Origin: Formosa sp. Hel1_33_131 | GTDB lineage: Bacteria > Bacteroidota > Bacteroidia > Flavobacteriales > Flavobacteriaceae | Assembly (NCBI RefSeq): GCF_001735745.1 | Contig: NZ_CP017260.1 | Location: forward strand, 660,001-692,000 | DNA length: 32,000 nt | Direction of reading: 5' to 3' | Part shown: positions 8,647 through 14,475 of the stretch, one piece after another | Layout of the letters: each line of letters opens with the position of its first letter | How positions within the stretch are numbered: position 1 is the stretch's first letter | The notes under the pieces: model-generated | Told to the model about the DNA's origin: nothing | Databases searched by the model: none | Seen by the model: the letters and a program-made list of their open reading frames with translations, nothing else | Position numbers and translations under genes: made by a program

Positions 8647-8814
8647 TTATTTAGTCTTATTTTTATTAATAAAAAATAAATTAACTAAAGAAATAACTAA
8701 TGCTAATATTGACCATATATTATCAATAATTTTTTCTTCATTGATTATCAAATACACAAATATTAATATTATAATAATACAGTTGAGAAAAATCAGTTTT
8801 TTTATATTAGTCAT
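8647..8814 (-). CDS. Small two-TM-helix protein, 55 aa, not in the supplied ORF track. Candidate bacteriocin immunity protein
   Basis: Hand translation of the minus strand: MTNIKKLIFLNCIIIILIFVYLIINEEKIIDNIWSILALVISLVNLFFINKNKTK*. The ATG lies 11 nt after the precursor stop, and the ORF's stop lies 15 nt before the next gene's ATG, so it fills the gap exactly. Both ends are Lys-rich and there are two hydrophobic helices. Confidence 0.5.
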   Translation of the reverse strand: MTNIKKLIFLNCIIIILIFVYLIINEEKIIDNIWSILALVISLVNLFFINKNKTK

Positions 8815-8825
8815 AATACAAAGTA

Positions 8826-9011
8826 TTAGTTAGCAATACAACCATCCACAACTCCAACTGATGCAACTGCAACAGAAGCAATAAAAGCCCAACCAATGGG
8901 ACCAGCTAGTGCGCCTATTATTATAGTAGCAGCATAAGATCCAACTGCTATACCACAAGAAACATCACCACCTTGTAAATTTTCCATTTGATTTAATTTT
9001 AATGTTTTCAT
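8826..9011 (-). CDS. Double-glycine-leader bacteriocin precursor peptide (class II-like, unmodified apart from a probable disulfide)
   Basis: 61 aa. The leader MKTLKLNQMENLQGG has hydrophobic residues at -4, -7, -12 and -15. The core is DVSCGIAVGSYAATIIIGALAGPIGWAFIASVAVASVGVVDGCIAN, 46 aa, with Cys4 and Cys43 and several GxxxG motifs. It is the first gene of an operon that contains a C39 PCAT. Confidence 0.8.
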   Translation of the reverse strand: MKTLKLNQMENLQGGDVSCGIAVGSYAATIIIGALAGPIGWAFIASVAVASVGVVDGCIAN

Positions 9012-9079
9012 AATATATAAATTAAGTTATAAAATGTTGCCTTCATGATTTGGGGCAACTATCCAACTATTAGACGTAC

Positions 9080-9110
9080 CAAATCTATAAACTAAAATTT
9101 AAAAAACAAA
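9080..9110 (-). promoter_or_regulatory. Candidate Bacteroidota sigma-A-type promoter for the peptide-toxin operon
   Basis: On the minus strand, TTTG (9110-9107) is followed by 19 nt and then TAGATTTG (9087-9080), which fits -33 TTTG / -7 TAnnTTTG. It sits about 70 nt upstream of the precursor ATG. Confidence 0.35.
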
Positions 9111-9481
9111 AAATTAACACATAAAAACCTGTATATCAATATATTGTGAATTTATTTTTATTAATTTGGTTCAATTATTGTGAAAATTGTTTAAACAAAA
9201 TAAATAGTGTGTATTTTATATTTTTTACCCAGCTAGTCAATTGAATATTAGTGTGAAAAATAAATTTAAAATAGTAACTATTTTTGGATTTTTTGTTTAA
9301 TAATTGTAGGAACTGTTTATTCAAAAAAATAGTTGTTTTAAGAAGATATAAGCTGTTATCCTAGTAACTAACACTGTTTAAAACAGGCAAAGGACAGAAG
9401 AATTGTAAAATTTATATATTATAGTTGGTTTGAAAGAAGTAAAACCAAGCAGTATTAAAACTTAACGTTTTTAAAATTATA

Positions 9482-10456
9482 CTAATTTTCTGGAAACCCA
9501 TTAAACACCTCTGTTTCGAGTTGATTATCTTCGGTAACAAAAGCAATAAAGACTTTTAATTCCGTGTGCATCTTAAGAAATACGCTGATTTCTTCTACTT
9601 CCATGGCTTGAATTGCAGTAGCATAGGCATCTGCAATCATACAAGATTGAGCAATGACCGATACGGTCAATATATTAGAACGGATTGGATAGCCTGTTTG
9701 GGTATCAATTATATGTGTATAGCGATTGCCTTCTGCATCAAATTTAATTTTACGATAAGTTCCAGAGGTTGCCATGGATTCATTTTCGAGGGCTAAAGTC
9801 GTTATATAGCGTTTATCGCTCTCTAGATTGGGGTGTTGAACGCCAACTTTCCATTGTGTATTCTTAACGGAGTTAATGCCTTTGGTACGAATTTCACCCC
9901 CTATTTCAATTAAATAATTTTGAATGTTTTTAGCTTCTAAATAGCGTCCGATTACATCGACGCCGTATCCTTTGGCAATGGCATTAAAATCTAATCGAGT
10001 TGCTTTTGGTTTCGAAATAACGCCCTTACTAAGCGTAACTTTATCCATTCCTACAGACAGCATGAGTTCGTGGATTTTAAGACTGTCTAAGGCTTCTATT
10101 TTTCCTTCAGGTCCAAAATCCCATGCATTGACTACAGCGCCAATCGTAGGATCAAATTTGCCTCGTGTCGCGGTGTGAATTTCTTTTGATGTATTGAAAA
10201 CTTTCTCAAAATGATGGTCGATAACCACCGGGTCATTTGCATTTACTTTTGAAATATCAGAACTAGAAATGTATGTAGACATAGAACGATTAACTTCAAA
10301 AAACAGACTGTCAAATGCAGTTTCATGATTTTCGCTACTCTCATAAAGAATTGAGTAGGTCGTTCCAAAAACAGAACCAGCCGCCCGTAATTGTTCTGAT
10401 TGATTCGAACAAGATACAAGTGCTAAAAAAATAAATAATAAATAATTTTTAATCAT
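9482..10456 (-). CDS. apbE: FAD:protein FMN transferase (ApbE family) lipoprotein
   Basis: 324 aa. Lipoprotein signal with lipobox LVSC. ApbE-type blocks include FDPTIGAVVNAW, NAIAKGYGVD and MATSGTYRK. It lies downstream of the nqr operon, whose NqrB and NqrC subunits it would flavinylate. Confidence 0.9.
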   Translation of the reverse strand: MIKNYLLFIFLALVSCSNQSEQLRAAGSVFGTTYSILYESSENHETAFDSLFFEVNRSMSTYISSSDISKVNANDPVVIDHHFEKVFNTSKEIHTATRGKFDPTIGAVVNAWDFGPEGKIEALDSLKIHELMLSVGMDKVTLSKGVISKPKATRLDFNAIAKGYGVDVIGRYLEAKNIQNYLIEIGGEIRTKGINSVKNTQWKVGVQHPNLESDKRYITTLALENESMATSGTYRKIKFDAEGNRYTHIIDTQTGYPIRSNILTVSVIAQSCMIADAYATAIQAMEVEEISVFLKMHTELKVFIAFVTEDNQLETEVFNGFPEN

Positions 10457-10463
10457 TTTATAT

Positions 10464-10841
10464 CTAATTAAAATTCGTTTCGATCACCTGAATGCCATTG
10501 TATTCAATAAGGTATTCTTCATTAAGATAGACGGGGAGTTCATCGCCTTTAGGATTTCCAATTCCAACCCCAGCATACAAGACTTTGGCATCTTTATCTT
10601 GCGCGTGATTTTTAAAGGTTTCCATCCAAACGACATCGTAATTATTAGGATTGTCTGGCAATTTTACCACACGTACGATCACAAAAAAGTACTGACTGTT
10701 TTTATCAATACACACAAATTGCGGGTGTTTTTTGAGTTTGCTATTGATGGCTACAAATTCAAACCCACGGGACTCTAAATCCTTCCCGACATGGTTCATT
10801 GCCAAATTGTGCATCTCTTGTTTTGAAAGTGGTTGACTCAT
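10464..10841 (-). CDS. Conserved-looking hypothetical protein (125 aa, soluble) between nqrF and apbE
   Basis: The track ORF starts at a TTG (10889). I prefer the ATG at 10841 (MSQPLSKQEMHNLAMNHVGKDLESRGFEF...). No TM helix or Cys cluster was seen, and I recognised no family. Confidence 0.55.
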   Translation of the reverse strand: MSQPLSKQEMHNLAMNHVGKDLESRGFEFVAINSKLKKHPQFVCIDKNSQYFFVIVRVVKLPDNPNNYDVVWMETFKNHAQDKDAKVLYAGVGIGNPKGDELPVYLNEEYLIEYNGIQVIETNFN

Positions 10842-10888
10842 ACTACAAAAATACAAAAGAGGTTGTCTGAAAAGTTTTTTTCTTGTCA

Positions 10889-10963
10889 AGCTGAATTTAT
10901 TTCAGCTTCTCATAATTATTGGTTTTCAACATTTGAAGATTCTGAAATAAATTCAGAATGACA
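10889..10963. repeat. Two inverted copies of a 15-nt palindromic hairpin unit (CTGAATTTATTTCAG and CTGAAATAAATTCAG). The second carries the TTCAGAATGACA core
   Basis: AGCTGAA-TTTAT-TTCAGCT at 10889-10907 and TTCTGAA-ATAAA-TTCAGAA at 10940-10958, followed by TGACA at 10959-10963. The location is intergenic, between nqrF and the next ORF. Confidence 0.6.
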
Positions 10964-11012
10964 GGTTTCCTACTTTTTAGACGACCTCAGATTATAAAAA
11001 ATTTAGAAGTGA

Positions 11013-12323
11013 TTACCCTCCAAAGTCATCAAATCGAATGTGCTCATCTGCAATTCCAAAATCTTCACCCATTTTCTGAACCGCTTGGTTCATTAATGGT
11101 GGGCCACAGAAATAGAGTTCGATATCTTCTGGAGATTCGTGATGATTTAAATAATTATCGATCACACAGTTGTGGATAAATCCAACAAAACCATCGCCTT
11201 CGGCATCAATATTTTCTTTTACTTTCCAGTTGTCTTCTTCCATTGGTTCAGAGAGTGCTAAATGGAATTTGAAGTTAGGAAAATCTCTTTCTAAGGCTTC
11301 AAAATGTTCTAAGTAAAACAACTCACGCTTAGAACGTCCTCCGTACCAGTAAGATACTTTACGACCTGTTTTAAGGGTTCTGAATAGATGGTATAAATGC
11401 GAACGCATGGGCGCCATTCCAGCTCCTCCACCAACATATAACATTTCTGACTCACTCTCATTGATAAAGAACTCTCCATAAGGTCCGGAAATGGTTACTT
11501 TATCACCTGGTTTTTGAGCAAAGATATACGAAGATGCAATCCCTGGATTTACGTCCATCCAACCGTTCTTAGCACGGTCCCATGGTGGCGTAGCAATACG
11601 CACATTTAACATGATTTCGCGACCTTCTGCAGGATAGGATGCCATTGAATAAGCACGTTCTACAGTTTCATTGTTTTTCATGGTAAGTGGCCAGAGACCA
11701 AACTTATCCCATTCCGCTTGAAACTTATCTGGAGTTTCGTGTTCTTCTGGATGCGCTGTGATGTCGATATCCTTAAAATTGATTTCACATTCTGGAATCT
11801 CAATCTGGATATATCCACCTGCTTTATACCCCATATCTTCTGGGATTTCCACTACGAATTCTTTAATAAAAGAGGCGACGTTGTAGTTACGCACAACGGT
11901 TGCTTCCCATTTTTTAATTCCAAAGACTTCTTCTGGAATGGTGATTTCCATGTCTTGTTTTACCTTTACTTGACAGGATAAACGGGCACCATGTTTCAAC
12001 TCTTTTCTTGAGAAGTGAGGTGTTTCTGTTGGCAAGGCTTCACCTCCACCAGACAGCACGTGACACTCGCATTGAATACACGTTCCACCACCACCACAAG
12101 CAGATGGTAAAAATATTTTATTCCCACTTAAAGTGGATAACAAAGTAGCGCCTGAGGCTACTTCAATTTCGCGTTCACCATTGATCAGAATCTTTACAGG
12201 TCCTGAGGGTGATAGTTTTTGTTTTACAAAAAGGAGCACACTAATTAATAGTAACGAAGTCACTAAAAATGCTACGACGGTAGCTAAAATGGTTCCGGTT
12301 GTTCCAGCGGCTAAAATCATCAT
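11013..12323 (-). CDS. nqrF: Na+-translocating NADH:quinone oxidoreductase subunit F
   Basis: 436 aa. It has an N-terminal TM helix, a 2Fe-2S ferredoxin motif (CGGGGTCIQCEC) and an FAD/NADH-binding domain (RAYSMAS, GGGAGMAP). Confidence 0.95.
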   Translation of the reverse strand: MMILAAGTTGTILATVVAFLVTSLLLISVLLFVKQKLSPSGPVKILINGEREIEVASGATLLSTLSGNKIFLPSACGGGGTCIQCECHVLSGGGEALPTETPHFSRKELKHGARLSCQVKVKQDMEITIPEEVFGIKKWEATVVRNYNVASFIKEFVVEIPEDMGYKAGGYIQIEIPECEINFKDIDITAHPEEHETPDKFQAEWDKFGLWPLTMKNNETVERAYSMASYPAEGREIMLNVRIATPPWDRAKNGWMDVNPGIASSYIFAQKPGDKVTISGPYGEFFINESESEMLYVGGGAGMAPMRSHLYHLFRTLKTGRKVSYWYGGRSKRELFYLEHFEALERDFPNFKFHLALSEPMEEDNWKVKENIDAEGDGFVGFIHNCVIDNYLNHHESPEDIELYFCGPPLMNQAVQKMGEDFGIADEHIRFDDFGG

Positions 12324-12324
12324 A

Positions 12325-13038
12325 TTAGTTAACTATTTTTAATTGGTTTAGTACTTCTTTTTCGATCTCTGTAGCTTCTACAACTACTTCTTTTGGTGCT
12401 TCTTCTACTTCTTCATCACCACCTGTTAGCATCCCTCCAAAGCTCAAAAACCCAATACCCATGAGTCCAGTGACAATGAATGTAATTCCTAAACCTCTTA
12501 GCGGTGCAGGGACATTTGAATATCTAATTTTTTCACGAATAGCGGCAATGGCTAAAATAGCCAAGAACCAACCGATTCCAGAGGATATTCCGTAATTGAC
12601 TGCCAATCCTAAAGTTTCTATTTCACGGGCTTGCATGAATAAAGAGCCTCCTAATATCGCACAGTTTACCGCAATTAAGGGTAAGAAAATTCCAAGTGAA
12701 TTGTAGAGTGAAGGTGAAAATTTTTCAACTACAATTTCTACGAGCTGAACCATGGTTGCGATCGTTGCAATAAACATAATAAACGAAAGGAAACTAAGGT
12801 CGTAGTCTGCAAATTCTGGACCTAGCCAAACGAGTGCACCGGGTTGTAATAAATATTGGTCTAACAACCAGTTTAAAGGCACTGTGATGGCGAGTACAAA
12901 AATGACTGCGGCACCAAGTCCAACGGCAGTTGCTACTTTTTTAGAGACGGCTAAATATGAGCACATGCCCAAGAAAACCGCAAACACCATATTATCAATA
13001 AAAATTGATTTGAAAAATAATTCGATGTGTTCTATCAT
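12325..13038 (-). CDS. nqrE: Na+-translocating NADH:quinone oxidoreductase subunit E, with an acidic C-terminal tail
   Basis: 237 aa polytopic membrane protein in the nqrD-nqrE-nqrF order. NqrE/RnfA-like blocks are present (LPLIAVNCAILG). Confidence 0.92.
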   Translation of the reverse strand: MIEHIELFFKSIFIDNMVFAVFLGMCSYLAVSKKVATAVGLGAAVIFVLAITVPLNWLLDQYLLQPGALVWLGPEFADYDLSFLSFIMFIATIATMVQLVEIVVEKFSPSLYNSLGIFLPLIAVNCAILGGSLFMQAREIETLGLAVNYGISSGIGWFLAILAIAAIREKIRYSNVPAPLRGLGITFIVTGLMGIGFLSFGGMLTGGDEEVEEAPKEVVVEATEIEKEVLNQLKIVN

Positions 13039-13068
13039 TGTCTTTTATTTAAATTCTTACTAAAGAAA

Positions 13069-13713
13069 TTAATCTTCAATTAATGTTGTGTTTCTGCTAC
13101 GTTGTACCCATATAATAAGACCTACAATAATCAAGGCCATTGGAGGCATGAGCATGAATCCATTGTTTTCATAACCTATGGAATAGAGTCCTGTTTTCTC
13201 AATTGGGTCTCCTAATACAGGAACTCCGAAAAGGGTTCCAGATCCTAAGAGCTCTCTAAAAAATCCTACGGCTATAAGTATCACAGCGTATCCAAGTGCA
13301 TTTCCAATCCCGTCTAAAAAGGATTTCCAAGGACCATTTCCAAGCGCAAAGGCTTCAAAACGCCCCATAATAATACAGTTGGTAATAATCAATCCTACAA
13401 ATACAGAGAGCGTTTTACTGAGTTCATAAGCATAGGCTTTAAGTACCTGATCGACAATAATTACTAAGGACGCCACAACGATGAGTTGGACGATAATTCT
13501 AATTTTAGAAGGAATGATGTTACGCATCAGCGAAATGACAACGTTTCCTATTCCTAAAACAAACAGTACTGCAATTCCCATCACTAGAGAGGCTTTGAGT
13601 TCTGCCGTAATTGCTAAAGCGGAACAAATCCCTAAGACTTGAATCGTAATTGGGTTGTTATCTGCTAACGGATCCGTTATTAATTTGGCATCTTTTTTTG
13701 AAAGTAGTCCCAT
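13069..13713 (-). CDS. nqrD: Na+-translocating NADH:quinone oxidoreductase subunit D
   Basis: 214 aa polytopic membrane protein with NqrD/RnfE-like blocks (LGICSALA, GLIITNCIIMGR). Operon position agrees. Confidence 0.93.
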   Translation of the reverse strand: MGLLSKKDAKLITDPLADNNPITIQVLGICSALAITAELKASLVMGIAVLFVLGIGNVVISLMRNIIPSKIRIIVQLIVVASLVIIVDQVLKAYAYELSKTLSVFVGLIITNCIIMGRFEAFALGNGPWKSFLDGIGNALGYAVILIAVGFFRELLGSGTLFGVPVLGDPIEKTGLYSIGYENNGFMLMPPMALIIVGLIIWVQRSRNTTLIED

Positions 13714-13714
13714 G

Positions 13715-14473
13715 TTAGTTCAATTGATTTTTTAAATTTTTAAAGTATGGTAAATACAATTTTAAATCCTTTTTTATCATTGCAGATACACCATCTCCTG
13801 TAATTGTTGCTCCTGCTAAAGCGTCCACTTCATAGTCGTCTTTAGTCAAGTTTTTAGGGTCGTTATTTCCTTTCGCTACCGTAATGCCTTTAAAAGCCCC
13901 ACTTTCTGAAAGTAATTTTTCTCCAACAAAATCGTCCATAAAATAGCGTTGTTTGATGTTGGCTCCTAAACCTGGTGTTTCCGCAGCGTGATCAAAAAAT
14001 GCGCCTTGAACAACCATGTCTTCATCCAATGCCACATAACCCCAGATGGCATCCCACAATCCTTTTCCTCTAATAGGAATAATGTAAAATGACGCTCCAT
14101 CTTTTTTACCTAAAAATAAAGGCAATAATCGAGTGCCTCCGTTTTTGGCTTTGGCTTGTTCTTTTTTGACATTAATAAGGTAAGCTTTATTGTTTTCTTC
14201 AGCTGTACCATCTGCATTAATTGTCAATTGTTTGGAGATGTATTTTGAAAATTCTCCTGCAACTTTATCGGTTCCAATAAATTTGATGTCTGTGGCACCA
14301 TTTTCATTGATTCCCATTGCATACAGGATGTTTTGCTGTGTTTCCATACGCTGGTTCTCTTGAATGTTTGGTTTCAATGAAGAGGCTGTAAATGCAAGCA
14401 AGGATCCTACGATCACCACCATTGCGATGGCAAATAAGATCGTGTATTTGTTTGTGTCTGTATTAGTACTCAT
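13715..14473 (-). CDS. nqrC: Na+-translocating NADH:quinone oxidoreductase subunit C
   Basis: 252 aa. It has an N-terminal anchor, an FMN-binding domain and a flavinylation motif, DALAGATITG. Operon position agrees. Confidence 0.93.
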   Translation of the reverse strand: MSTNTDTNKYTILFAIAMVVIVGSLLAFTASSLKPNIQENQRMETQQNILYAMGINENGATDIKFIGTDKVAGEFSKYISKQLTINADGTAEENNKAYLINVKKEQAKAKNGGTRLLPLFLGKKDGASFYIIPIRGKGLWDAIWGYVALDEDMVVQGAFFDHAAETPGLGANIKQRYFMDDFVGEKLLSESGAFKGITVAKGNNDPKNLTKDDYEVDALAGATITGDGVSAMIKKDLKLYLPYFKNLKNQLN

Positions 14474-14475
14474 AA

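Noticed and set aside
8612-8833. Plus-strand 73-aa ORF from the track (MLIHLPILITKVYLV...)
   Set aside because: It has a TTG start and lies antisense to the whole operon. It overlaps the 5' end of the 222-aa gene and the 3' end of the precursor. Its hydrophobic look is simply the mirror of an AT-rich membrane-protein ORF. The minus-strand ATG ORF at 8647-8814 fits the intergenic gap exactly and is preferred.
8826-9011. Possibility that the precursor is a lanthipeptide, sactipeptide or other heavily modified RiPP
   Set aside because: No LanB/LanC/LanM, radical-SAM/SPASM, YcaO or cyclase genes occur in or near the operon. The core has only 4 Ser, 1 Thr and 2 Cys. A class II-type, disulfide-only peptide is the simpler reading.
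9145-9257. TGTGAA repeats as CRP/FNR-type binding sites
   Set aside because: No matching TCACA half-site occurs at the required 6-nt spacing. In DNA this AT-rich a 6-mer recurring three times is weak evidence. They are kept only as a low-confidence note within the control-region finding.
10842-10889. Longer N-termini offered by the track for three genes (starts at 10889, 25397 and 30877)
   Set aside because: All three are TTG codons that add non-conserved-looking residues. Downstream ATGs at 10841, 25376 and 30922 give N-termini typical of the families (RsmG MLLIQKYFP..., UbiE MSEKITPYK...).
10958-11179. Plus-strand 73-aa ORF starting in the repeat region and running antisense into nqrF
   Set aside because: It begins inside the TTCAGAATGACA repeat, a class of element often mis-annotated as a small ORF. 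It overlaps the nqrF 3' end on the opposite strand.
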